Of a DNA stretch of 64,000 nt, positions 51,366 to 60,279 are shown piece after piece (positions within the stretch are counted from its first letter, which is position 1; each line of letters begins with the position of its first letter). The stretch covers positions 15,255-79,254 of IMG/VR virus record IMGVR_UViG_3300033149_002633. The stretch is one strand, 5' to 3'. The DNA is from a virus. The position numbers and the translations under genes are program-made. The notes under the pieces were generated by a model. The model was not told the DNA's origin. It saw only the letters and a program-made list of their open reading frames with translations, and made no database searches.

Positions 51366-52514
51366 TTATCTTACCTCCTCTTTTACATTTCCGAATCTTA
51401 TCATTTCTCTTTGCGAGATTTCTCGAATTTTCCTTTTGTCTTCTTGTCTGATTTCCTTGAAACGATTCTTTAGATTGAATAATTCATTGAAGAATTTAAC
51501 GCCTTCTTCAAAATCATCGTATTGTTGTACTACTGGTTGTTTAGTAGAAAAGTTCCCTTCAGTACTTACTTGTTCAGCTGTTTCTACAGTATCATATTTC
51601 TTTTTCAATTTCATTACACTCTGTTTAATTTTCTCTAAAGATGAGATTGACATATTTTCGTATATCTTGGGGTCTTCGCCACTAATATCACAAATCTGTG
51701 AAATTAGTTTAGATTTTTTCTCGTCTTCGTATTGTTGGATGAATTTTTGTGCTTCTTCCAGTTGTTTCTGTAATGCAGAAATTTCTGCTTCACGTTGCTT
51801 AATCTCCGCTTCATTCTCTTTCTTTAGAGTGTTTATGAGTGACTGCTGGAGTTTCTCAAACTCCTCTTGAGAGATTTTATTCTCGTTCGCCATTTTCTTT
51901 TCACCAATTTTCTTGACTTCTAAGCTATTAATATTTTGAATTAATAACGTCATTCTTTTTTGGTTTTCAGCCTTTATACTCTGTGCCACAGCAGTATCAG
52001 ATGCGTATGGGTCTGCTGGTCTGGTAACGAATGACAAATGAACCCAATCGAGATGATGAACAATCCCCGAGCATATTTGTCCTTCATAGTTTTCCAACAG
52101 ACGGTGATAACATTCCCCTAGCTGAGAACCACAGATTGAACATCTCACATCATTGCTATAAGCCTTAATACTCACAGAATTTATGTCTCCTCGTTCAAGT
52201 GCTTTAGCAATACCAGATGGATGGTCTGGATTGATATCAGCTTCGTATAATAGTCTTCCATTCTCAAACCATGCATTTATGACTCTTCCTACTACATTTG
52301 TCACTTTATCTTCATGGTCCATCACCATGGGGAATCCTTTGAGAGACGAGGCATACTGTTGCAAGGTCTTATGGGGGTACTTGAACCCATTTAAATTGGG
52401 GTAATCATTTATACTTGCAATAGCAGTACCCCTTACCTTTATGCCTTTTACTCCATCTTGTTGAGGCACAGAGCACTCTATTGGCTGTACAGAGTTGATT
52501 ACCTCGTATCTCAT
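51366..52514 (-). CDS. prohead protease with C-terminal scaffold
   Basis: DHE..VVGRV, SVSI, CSICG..C.H, LSFVTRPAD, then a coiled coil. Confidence 0.88.
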   Translation of the reverse strand: MRYEVINSVQPIECSVPQQDGVKGIKVRGTAIASINDYPNLNGFKYPHKTLQQYASSLKGFPMVMDHEDKVTNVVGRVINAWFENGRLLYEADINPDHPSGIAKALERGDINSVSIKAYSNDVRCSICGSQLGECYHRLLENYEGQICSGIVHHLDWVHLSFVTRPADPYASDTAVAQSIKAENQKRMTLLIQNINSLEVKKIGEKKMANENKISQEEFEKLQQSLINTLKKENEAEIKQREAEISALQKQLEEAQKFIQQYEDEKKSKLISQICDISGEDPKIYENMSISSLEKIKQSVMKLKKKYDTVETAEQVSTEGNFSTKQPVVQQYDDFEEGVKFFNELFNLKNRFKEIRQEDKRKIREISQREMIRFGNVKEEVR

Positions 52515-52633
52515 GTGTTAATATTCTCATGTTTAATATAAATAAATACTTAAAAATACAACTTAGAAGGTTGGAAATTGAAAAAAGAGTATAAGAAAGG
52601 GGAAATCTTTGGTTTCTGTTTTTATCGGAAAGG

Positions 52634-54172
52634 TCATTCATTCGTATTTGTAGGCTTCTTAGATTGTTGTTCAGCTTGTTTTTTCTGAACTTCTAACTGT
52701 TTTTTCTGTATTTCGAGTGCTTCAATCGCCGCTTTAGCTTGAGCCTCATAATATCTCGCTTGAGCAAGATACATCTGTAATTGAGGATGTAAAGCATCTT
52801 CACGTATGATTTGATTTCTCCCAAATTCCTCTTTAGCTTCGAGCATATCAATGGCACCACCTATCAGCTCACTTTCTACTCTTAATCTTCTATTGGATAA
52901 ATCTTCTATTTCATTAAATCTTAAAACTGGTAAATCTTGATATTTCTTATAAGTTACTCCTTCTCTAACCAGTTCAGTACCAGTACTCTTTCTCAAATCA
53001 TTTGGATGAAATAGAAATATATCTCTAAATATCTCATTTACAATTTTATTGGAAATATATTGTTGTTCAGCCAATATCCTTCTACGAAACATCTCAAGTT
53101 TTATTTCAGCTTCAGCTTGATTACCAGAACCTCCTAAACCAAATAAAGTATCTGGAATACCTAAACCAGCTATAATTTGACGTAAAATATGGTTCATGAA
53201 AGGTTCAACATAAGTTATATTCTTCCCACTTTCTACTACATTTACTTCTACTCTCCCATCTATAGCTATATCGCTTCCTTGAGCAAGACCACTCATAATT
53301 TGAGATGCAATTTTTCTCATCTGTTTTACAGCCATAGGATGTTCTGCATCACCCATACGCCAAACTGTTAAAGGTCTTGCTGTTGTTCTAATGATATCAG
53401 CTATATCATCCTCTATACCTAACATAATGTTTATAGTTTCTTTCAATGGTCTAATTTGAGAATTACCATAAGTAGCATTAGTCAAATCTCTCGCTTTAAA
53501 ATGAACTACAGTATGTGGAGGAGCTTCTCTTATTCTGTTATCATCTTCTTTATTTTTATTACTCCTTGACTTCCCTCCAGTAGATAAAGGAGAAAATATT
53601 CCCGTTCCACCTTTCAATTTATAAGGTTCTTGTACATATTTTATTACTCTACCATACTCATCTTCCTCTATAGAAACAGTATCTGGATGAACTAACTTTA
53701 ATCTTTTTATTCCCCATCCCCCTTCTGCATATGATTTCTTATCATAAACTTTCTCTACGAATGCATCACCATAAGTATTCATACATGCTGATATTTTCCT
53801 TATTATCTCTGTTAGTTCTACATATCTTGACCAATAACTCAAAAATTTAATTTTTTCTCTTTGGAATTCCTTTAACTCAGTATCAGTATCATATTTAAAT
53901 GTATAACCATAAGCTACTACCATATCAGCTTTTAACCATATAGCTGCAGAAACAATAGGTACAGTATTCATTGCTGTCTCGTAGCTCATAATATTATCTT
54001 GTCTTGCTTCAGCAAATCTTATATATCGTCTCGGATGAACAAAGAAATTACCTTCTGAAGGTCTTCTTCCTTGAGTTATAGTTGCATATCTATCAAATGC
54101 AAATGCATATACATCATCAAGCAGTTTTCCAGTTAATTCTGTCTGTTCTACTACACTCATCATCTTCTTCAA
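52634..54172 (-). CDS. portal protein
   Basis: VPIVSAAI, YGDAFVE, VVHFK...YGNS, GLGIP..LFG. Confidence 0.9.
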   Translation of the reverse strand: MKKMMSVVEQTELTGKLLDDVYAFAFDRYATITQGRRPSEGNFFVHPRRYIRFAEARQDNIMSYETAMNTVPIVSAAIWLKADMVVAYGYTFKYDTDTELKEFQREKIKFLSYWSRYVELTEIIRKISACMNTYGDAFVEKVYDKKSYAEGGWGIKRLKLVHPDTVSIEEDEYGRVIKYVQEPYKLKGGTGIFSPLSTGGKSRSNKNKEDDNRIREAPPHTVVHFKARDLTNATYGNSQIRPLKETINIMLGIEDDIADIIRTTARPLTVWRMGDAEHPMAVKQMRKIASQIMSGLAQGSDIAIDGRVEVNVVESGKNITYVEPFMNHILRQIIAGLGIPDTLFGLGGSGNQAEAEIKLEMFRRRILAEQQYISNKIVNEIFRDIFLFHPNDLRKSTGTELVREGVTYKKYQDLPVLRFNEIEDLSNRRLRVESELIGGAIDMLEAKEEFGRNQIIREDALHPQLQMYLAQARYYEAQAKAAIEALEIQKKQLEVQKKQAEQQSKKPTNTNE

Positions 54173-54221
54173 TTGTATTAGGTCAAAATAGATTTATTTA
54201 CTTTTCTACAACACAGAAATG

Positions 54222-54238
54222 TTCGAAAGGTTTAAATA
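54222..54238 (+). promoter_or_regulatory. BRE/TATA promoter
   Basis: TTCGAAAGGTTTAAATA upstream of the + strand operon. Confidence 0.75.
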
Positions 54239-54280
54239 GATAGTTAAGAATGTTAAAACAAAATAATTAGGAGGATAAAA

Positions 54281-54454
54281 ATGAATGAAAAAATACCTAA
54301 ATATTGTATTTATTGTTCTGGAGCACCATTAATGAAAACGATGATTAATACTATACTCAAATGTCCTAACTGTAATAGAACCTATCATATAGCTCATGAT
54401 AATGAAGGGGGACAAACATACATCAAAATAAATCATAAGGTGATAGTAAAATGA
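54281..54454 (+). CDS. 57-aa zinc-ribbon protein (not in ORF track)
   Basis: MNEKIPKYCIYCSGAPLMKTMINTILKCPNCNRTYH...; GGAGG RBS; ATGA overlap with the next gene. Confidence 0.75.
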   Translation: MNEKIPKYCIYCSGAPLMKTMINTILKCPNCNRTYHIAHDNEGGQTYIKINHKVIVK

Positions 54455-54738
54455 GTACAACTACATTAATCGAATGTTGCAATTGTGGTAAAGTTATGCA
54501 ACAAATCTTTATTAAAACTATCATAGAAGCAGATGGTAAAGTAACAGAACTTCAACTCTGTGCAGAATGTTACACAAAAATCTGTACAATAGAAAAATGC
54601 ATTCAACCATCAACGACGATTATGTTCAAAAATTATCGACCAGAAAGCGAAATAATATTTACCAAAAAAGATGACACTGTCAATGCTAACACTAAAACTA
54701 AGAATGAGACTATCAGATATAATGAGGTGAAAAAATGA
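54451..54738 (+). CDS. zinc-finger protein
   Basis: CCNC...LCAEC. Confidence 0.7.
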   Translation: MSTTTLIECCNCGKVMQQIFIKTIIEADGKVTELQLCAECYTKICTIEKCIQPSTTIMFKNYRPESEIIFTKKDDTVNANTKTKNETIRYNEVKK

Positions 54739-55592
54739 TTATCTATGGAGATGCATTTGAAAGATTAGAAGAAATAAAAGACAATTCTATTGACCATGTG
54801 ATAACAGACAGTCCTTTCGGAATCGAATTTGGAGAATTGAAAAAAACTTATAATCGTAGTAATTCCCAAGTTATCAAAGGTTATCGTGAATGGACAGTAG
54901 TCGATTATGAACGGAATTGGTATCAACTTTTTGGTGAATATGGCGAAAAAAGTCCTCTTCTTAGAGTCCTTAAACCTAATGCTAATATAATCATTTTTTC
55001 TTCATGGACAAATCTTCCATATCTCTTTTATGCTATGCAACGTACTGATTTTAGTTACAATACACAATATCAACATCATATCATCTGGAAATACCAATTT
55101 GGTGTTCATACTAATTCTATCATCACCAGTCATTATCATATTCTCTGGTTCAGAAACTTAATTGGTACCAAAAGTAATTCCAAACCTATCTTCAATCAAT
55201 TTGCAGTCTATGATAAAGATGATAAAGATGAAATGGGAAGAAAGTTACATTATCTTGATAGAGAAAGCGTATGGTACATTAAAAGACCTTACAAAACTGG
55301 TAAGACGAGATATAAAACTGAACTTCCTCCCAAACTCTGCGAGAAACTGGTAAAATACTTTACTCGAGAAGGAGACATTATCCTTGACCTTTTCGCTGGT
55401 AGTGGTAGAATAGCCCAAGCAGCTCAAAAACTCAATAGAAGACATGTATCTATTGAATCTAATAAAGAAGTTATACCCTATATGGCTAATAACATCTGGG
55501 GTATTAACATTGGTCCTTGGGATGGTAATCCTTACATTATAGACCATAACAACTTAAAAGATGAGGTAATCAAATATGAGCGGAAAAATTAG
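54735..55592 (+). CDS. beta-class amino (N6A/N4C) DNA methyltransferase
   Basis: Catalytic ITDSPF; SAM-binding ILDLFAGSG. Confidence 0.9.
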   Translation: MIIYGDAFERLEEIKDNSIDHVITDSPFGIEFGELKKTYNRSNSQVIKGYREWTVVDYERNWYQLFGEYGEKSPLLRVLKPNANIIIFSSWTNLPYLFYAMQRTDFSYNTQYQHHIIWKYQFGVHTNSIITSHYHILWFRNLIGTKSNSKPIFNQFAVYDKDDKDEMGRKLHYLDRESVWYIKRPYKTGKTRYKTELPPKLCEKLVKYFTREGDIILDLFAGSGRIAQAAQKLNRRHVSIESNKEVIPYMANNIWGINIGPWDGNPYIIDHNNLKDEVIKYERKN

Positions 55593-55770
55593 TAAGAAAT
55601 CAGAAAAAATATTCAAACATATTATAAACAAACTGAAACATGAAGAAAATCTTGTGCAATATATCATCATAGAAAATCTTATGGACTATCTACAACGCAT
55701 GAAAGTAGTATTACTTAAAAGAATGGAAGAAGTAGTACTTAAAAGAATGGAAGAAAAGGTGAGACAATAA
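55576..55770 (+). CDS. hypothetical protein
   Basis: ORF in operon with an internal LKRMEE duplication. Confidence 0.55.
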   Translation: MSGKISKKSEKIFKHIINKLKHEENLVQYIIIENLMDYLQRMKVVLLKRMEEVVLKRMEEKVRQ

Positions 55771-56156
55771 TGGGTACATATACTGAATTACATCTAACTG
55801 TCCAATTAAAACTGGAAACACCTAAAGAAGTTATCGAGTTTTTGAACGATGTTTTTAATGTTAAAAGCTTCAATGACTTAAACAAACTTTCTTTACCTAA
55901 TCATCCCTTTTTCAAGACCCATAGATGGATGCATGTCTTCCTTGGAGATTGTTATTATTTCCAATTCCAGAACCATTCTGACTTCAAGAGAAACATGTAT
56001 CTTATGATTCACTCCAGTTTCAAAAACTATGATAATGAGATAGAACTATTCTTAGATTGGATTTCTCCTTATGTGAGATATAAAGACGAAATCGTTGGAT
56101 ATTATAGATGTGAATTAACTCCAAATGAAGCAGATTGGATAATTTTTCGTGATTAG
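55770..56156 (+). CDS. phage hypothetical protein
   Basis: MGTYTEL...KNYDNEIELFLDWISPY..GYYR.E resembles a recurrent phage family (from memory, not searched). Confidence 0.7.
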   Translation: MGTYTELHLTVQLKLETPKEVIEFLNDVFNVKSFNDLNKLSLPNHPFFKTHRWMHVFLGDCYYFQFQNHSDFKRNMYLMIHSSFKNYDNEIELFLDWISPYVRYKDEIVGYYRCELTPNEADWIIFRD

Positions 56157-56277
56157 GTGATTATATGACTGATAATAATACATTCCTTTTTGTAATACTT
56201 TTCTCTTTTTTAATCTTCTTTTTAACCTTAAATGAGGTTAAACATTACATTAAACAACTTGAGAACCATGAAGAAGA

Positions 56278-57177
56278 CTAAACTTGGTATTCTAATAATA
56301 ATTGAAGTATTTTTCTCCACTCATCAAATGAGACGTAACAATAAAACATTAATCCACTAAGCGTATAGTTGTAAAGTATTGATTTATGATATTCATCCCA
56401 TTCATCGAACGTTACAGCATTAGATTTGTTATATGATGTATCAAACTTCTTTTCTATGGCACTAACGTCAAATTGTTGGTCAATACCTAACATTTTATTT
56501 ACAAAATACTTCATCCCAATAGGAGTAAATAAGTTTTCAAACCTAACTAAATAAGATATACCACCTTTATCTCTTATATCTATCAGACTTTGATAAGTTA
56601 TATGATTGAGAATGTTCCAATACCACGATGCATGTGCAATCATAACCTCTTCGTTATTATCTATTTTAATACCATGTTTATCAATTCTTTCTATGGTTTC
56701 ATATAATTGGTCATATCCATTCCATGTATATTTTACAGCTTCTACAAACTTATTTTGTCTTATTCTAAAATGATGGGGTTTAATTATACCAATAAAATTT
56801 TCTCTTTTAAACCACCCACCCTTATTTCTAACTGATGCTACTACATCTCTTGCATCTCTAACAATATGAATAAAAATAGCATCTGGGAAAGCCTCATATA
56901 CACAATCGAGTAGAGGTGTTAATGCCCAATTACATTCAACAAATGTTCCACTGCCTTGGAATATCTTAGACCTCGTCTCTTTTATAGTATCAATTACTTC
57001 TTCTCTACTTATTCGGTTATTATAATATTCATCTACAACTTTTCTGAGCCTTGGATTAGGTTCATGAAAAGCTTTTACACCATCAAATTTATCTAAAAAT
57101 CTGGATAAAAATCCAGTTCCCGTTCTTCCAGTGCTTACAATAAATATTTTTCTTTGTTCCTTTTCCAATCTCATCAC
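56278..57177 (-). CDS. PAPS-dependent sulfotransferase
   Basis: 5'-PSB loop STGRTGT, HEP, 3'-PB HIVRDARDVVAS, VRFENL. Confidence 0.88.
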   Translation of the reverse strand: MMRLEKEQRKIFIVSTGRTGTGFLSRFLDKFDGVKAFHEPNPRLRKVVDEYYNNRISREEVIDTIKETRSKIFQGSGTFVECNWALTPLLDCVYEAFPDAIFIHIVRDARDVVASVRNKGGWFKRENFIGIIKPHHFRIRQNKFVEAVKYTWNGYDQLYETIERIDKHGIKIDNNEEVMIAHASWYWNILNHITYQSLIDIRDKGGISYLVRFENLFTPIGMKYFVNKMLGIDQQFDVSAIEKKFDTSYNKSNAVTFDEWDEYHKSILYNYTLSGLMFYCYVSFDEWRKILQLLLEYQV

Positions 57178-57779
57178 TTATAATTAATGTCTAATCCCTT
57201 TTTTACTCTTGCCCTACTTGGCATTATAACTGGATTTGATATATATCTCGTGGGGTATTTCTTTGTAACAAATTTTATAATATCTACCATGTTGGTTATT
57301 AATCCTTCCCAATTTTCTCTATCTACTCTATACGCATAATGTGGAATAGTTACTGGATGATGTCCCCAATCATTATGAAAATTTACATGTTCAATTGTTG
57401 GAAATGTGATTATATAGTATTCTGAAGACTCTACGATTAAAGTGTATAATATCTTCTGTTTTTCTGGTTTTAGATGTTCTAATATTTCTGATGCCCATAT
57501 ATAATGATACGGTTTTTCTATTGAACGATTAATTATTTTATTTGACAGAAACTCCATCATATCTTCTGATATATATCTACATCTTCCTTCTTTCCAGCTC
57601 CTCTCAAATCTATTATCAATAAAATCTATCAATTTCGGATTTCTACTTAGTAACAATGATTTGTATGGAACCGTTATTCCACATCCTATATCACATATTT
57701 TTCTTTTTTCTTCAAAAAATTTTATTAATTCAACTTTTTGTGATTGAACACCTTCACAATTCATATCATTGTTATTCAT
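57174..57779 (-). CDS. class I SAM-dependent methyltransferase
   Basis: ICDIGCG, ASEILEHL, ITFP. Confidence 0.8.
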   Translation of the reverse strand: MNNNDMNCEGVQSQKVELIKFFEEKRKICDIGCGITVPYKSLLLSRNPKLIDFIDNRFERSWKEGRCRYISEDMMEFLSNKIINRSIEKPYHYIWASEILEHLKPEKQKILYTLIVESSEYYIITFPTIEHVNFHNDWGHHPVTIPHYAYRVDRENWEGLITNMVDIIKFVTKKYPTRYISNPVIMPSRARVKKGLDINYK

Positions 57780-57903
57780 ATCATCTTCCTCTTCTAAACT
57801 AACGGATAAATTTTATCAATTTAAACCTTTTGATGGTATCTATTACCGACACCTTTTTTTATTTAGATAAATACTATAACCTAACTTAGGAGCTTAGATT
57901 AAT

Positions 57904-59400
57904 ATGATAAAAAAAGTCATAGAAGTATTGTTAGTTGATGATGAAAAAGAATTACTTAACGCTACTAAAGAGTATTTAGAAAAACATATCAATGATGATT
58001 ATGAATTCCACATTACTGCTGTTCTTAAAGCTCAAGAAGCTCTGGAACTTATCAAGACACAAAGATTCGAATGTATAGTATCTGATTATAAAATGGAAGA
58101 GATGGATGGTCTAAAATTCCTCGAAGAAGTCAGAAAAATTGATAAATCTATTCCTTTCATTATCTTTACTGGCAGAGGCAGAGAAGAAGTAGTTATTAAA
58201 GCTCTCAACCTTGGAGCAACCTATTATCTTAAAAAAGGTTCAGACTATCATTCTCAATTCATCGAACTCAGTAATTTTATCAAACAAAGTGTAGAAAAAG
58301 TTCGTTTGATTAAAGAACTTAATGTTACTAAGACTTGTCTAATCCAGAAAATTAATTTTATTAAATCCCGTCATTTCATGGATATAAATATGCTCGAAAG
58401 TCTTGTTGTTATTATCAAGTCTGATGAAACTATTGAAACTGTTAATAGTAATTTTTGTGAGGTTTTAGGTTACACTAAAAATGAGCTTATAGGTAAAAAT
58501 TGGTTTAATACTGTCATTCCTCGTATTGATAAAGAGCGTATGCGTTTCATTTTCAACAAAATCTTGAGTGGTGACCGAACTTATCTCTGGGGTAGGAGCA
58601 CTCTCAAAACCAAAGAAGGTAAAGACCTTACCATTCGTTGGCACAGTTCTCTTACTAAAACTGATGATGATATTCTTAGGGTTGTCTCTATTGGCAACAT
58701 CATCACTCCCGAAGAAGAACTCAGTCTTAAGGAACAACGTGACGAACTCGAATTCTTTGCTCGTACTGTCGCCCATGATTTGAACAATAAATTATCCATT
58801 CTCTCTCTTTACAACAACCTCCAGTCTAACGGTTCTCCTATGTCTCCTTATTCCCGTAAAATCGACACTACTATCAAGGAGATTAGCGAGTTTCTTGACA
58901 ATCTCCTTTTTCTGGCTAAACGGGGTGAAAAACTTGGTCCCACCACCAAGGTTGATTTAAACGAGCTTGTCAATAAGATTATTCAAGACTATCAACCTTT
59001 TTCTGTTGATATGCGTTTTATTGTCCATCCTCTTCCTATTCTTATTGGTCATCCTACCAAACTCGAGCAACTTTTCAGCAACTTGATTTTGAACGTTATC
59101 AACCACGCCCAAGCTTCCAAGCTCACTATCTGGTCTAAACGTGACACCGAACGTGGCTGGATGAAGATTTTCCTTCGTGATGATGGTAAGGGTATTGCTC
59201 CTTTCCACCAGCAACGTATTCGTGCTATCTGGAACCGTCATAAAATCAGTGATACTTCTCATGGTCTTGGTCTTCTTATTGTCAAGAAGATTGTTGAGGC
59301 TCATGGTGGTCGTATCAGTTTTTCCAGTGGTCATGTCAATGGTACCACTTTCCTTCTCGAATTCCCTCTTTCCCGTCTTTCCCGTTCTTCTCCAGTCTAA
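57904..59400 (+). CDS. hybrid sensor histidine kinase REC-PAS-HisKA-HATPase
   Basis: REC LLVDDE/VSDYKM/FTG/LKK; PAS VNSNFCEVLGYTKNELIGKNW; H-box VAHDLNN; N-box NLILN; DDGKGI; GLGL. Confidence 0.95.
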   Translation: MIKKVIEVLLVDDEKELLNATKEYLEKHINDDYEFHITAVLKAQEALELIKTQRFECIVSDYKMEEMDGLKFLEEVRKIDKSIPFIIFTGRGREEVVIKALNLGATYYLKKGSDYHSQFIELSNFIKQSVEKVRLIKELNVTKTCLIQKINFIKSRHFMDINMLESLVVIIKSDETIETVNSNFCEVLGYTKNELIGKNWFNTVIPRIDKERMRFIFNKILSGDRTYLWGRSTLKTKEGKDLTIRWHSSLTKTDDDILRVVSIGNIITPEEELSLKEQRDELEFFARTVAHDLNNKLSILSLYNNLQSNGSPMSPYSRKIDTTIKEISEFLDNLLFLAKRGEKLGPTTKVDLNELVNKIIQDYQPFSVDMRFIVHPLPILIGHPTKLEQLFSNLILNVINHAQASKLTIWSKRDTERGWMKIFLRDDGKGIAPFHQQRIRAIWNRHKISDTSHGLGLLIVKKIVEAHGGRISFSSGHVNGTTFLLEFPLSRLSRSSPV

Positions 59401-59533
59401 AAAAACATTTTTCTTCTTTATTTTTACATCTTTTTGTTTTTCTTCCTCCCCATTCTACTTCTTCTACTTCTCTTCCGCAGTATGGACAGTATTTAACCCT
59501 TTCATACTCTACGAACGCTCTTTCTATTCCCAT
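59336..59533 (-). CDS. small zinc-ribbon protein
   Basis: CPYCG...RC..C; overlaps the 3' end of the kinase convergently. Confidence 0.55.
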   Translation of the reverse strand: MGIERAFVEYERVKYCPYCGREVEEVEWGGRKTKRCKNKEEKCFFRLEKNGKDGKEGIREGKWYH

Positions 59534-59654
59534 TTCTTTTCTTTCTTTTTTTCTTCTTTCTCCTTTTTCTTTTTTTCCTTTTTTTCCTTTTTTTCCTTTT
59601 TCTCCCTTTTCCTTCTCTTATATACAGCAACACATCTCCTCTTGTCGTACTCAT
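59502..59654 (-). CDS. 50-aa protamine-like peptide (not in ORF track)
   Basis: MSTTRGDVLLYIREGKGRKRKKRKKRKKRKRRKKKKRKKRNGNRKSVRRV*; ATGA overlap with the upstream peptide gene. Confidence 0.55.
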   Translation of the reverse strand: MSTTRGDVLLYIREGKGRKRKKRKKRKKRKRRKKKKRKKRNGNRKSVRRV

Positions 59655-59815
59655 CTTTTTCTCCTCTTCTTCCTCCTTTTTGTTTTTGTCCTTGTTTTTG
59701 TCTTTGTCCCGTAATAAGCTCTTTCTATTGCTCTTCTCTTAGCCTCGCTAACGTTTTTCCCATATTTCCTTTTTCCGAACCACCAATTGCCTTTTTTATC
59801 TCTTCTCCATGGCAT
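59651..59815 (-). CDS. 54-aa highly basic peptide (not in ORF track)
   Basis: MPWRRDKKGNWWFGKRKYGKNVSEAKRRAIERAYYGTKTKTRTKTKRRKKRRKR*. Confidence 0.7.
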   Translation of the reverse strand: MPWRRDKKGNWWFGKRKYGKNVSEAKRRAIERAYYGTKTKTRTKTKRRKKRRKR

Positions 59816-59830
59816 CTTCTTTCATCTCAT

Positions 59831-60073
59831 CTATCTTCTCTTCTTTTTCCCTTTCCCTTTCCCTTTCCCTTTCCCTTTCCCTTTTCTTTTCTTCCCCTTC
59901 GCCGCCATCTTCTGGAATTTCTTTTTTCCATACTTTTTCCTTCCTATCGCCGCCGCTACCGCAGCTGGGTCTCTTACTCCTTTCTTTTTCAGTTGTCTCT
60001 CTAACCTTCTGAACCTCTCTCCCGTTCCTAACTTCGGTTTCTTTTTCTTTCCTTTTTTCTTCTTTTGAACCAT
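59831..60073 (-). CDS. 80-aa highly basic protein
   Basis: LGTGERF..L...L.KKGVRDPAAVAAAIGRKKYGKKKFQKMAAKG core with Lys/Gly tails; GGTGA RBS. Confidence 0.8.
   Translation of the reverse strand: MVQKKKKGKKKKPKLGTGERFRRLERQLKKKGVRDPAAVAAAIGRKKYGKKKFQKMAAKGKKRKGKGKGKGKGKGKKKRR
59846..59884 (-). repeat. (GGGAAA)n hexamer repeat encoding a Gly-Lys tail
   Basis: About six TTTCCC units on the + strand. Confidence 0.85.
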
Positions 60074-60279
60074 ATTTTGTTCACCAATCTCTCTATCTTC
60101 TTCCGCCTATTTATCTTTTTCTTAAACCATTTTATCATCCACACCAACTCTTCTTTCGTCAATTCTACCCCCTCGCCTTCAAAAACTATCTTCTTCAAGT
60201 TCTTCGTTACTATTACCCTATTATACAACTCTTCATTCAGCTTTAACGATAACCCATATCCATAATTTTCTTCCGTCAT
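60028..60279 (-). CDS. hypothetical protein, first gene of the basic-peptide operon
   Basis: ATG 60279 (MTEENY...) lies ~23 nt below the minus-strand promoter CCGAAACCTTTTTAACC at 60300-60316. Confidence 0.65.
   Translation of the reverse strand: MTEENYGYGLSLKLNEELYNRVIVTKNLKKIVFEGEGVELTKEELVWMIKWFKKKINRRKKIERLVNKIWFKRRKKERKRNRS

Noticed and set aside
584-53371. Numerous short antisense ORFs inside polB, primase, structural and other long genes
   Set aside because: Fully nested opposite well-supported genes, with hydrophobic shadow-like composition
59177-60068. Long + strand Phe/Ser-rich ORFs (275, 93 and 67 aa)
   Set aside because: Shadows of the polypyrimidine tract opposite Lys/Arg-rich genes; stop codons are lacking only because A is depleted
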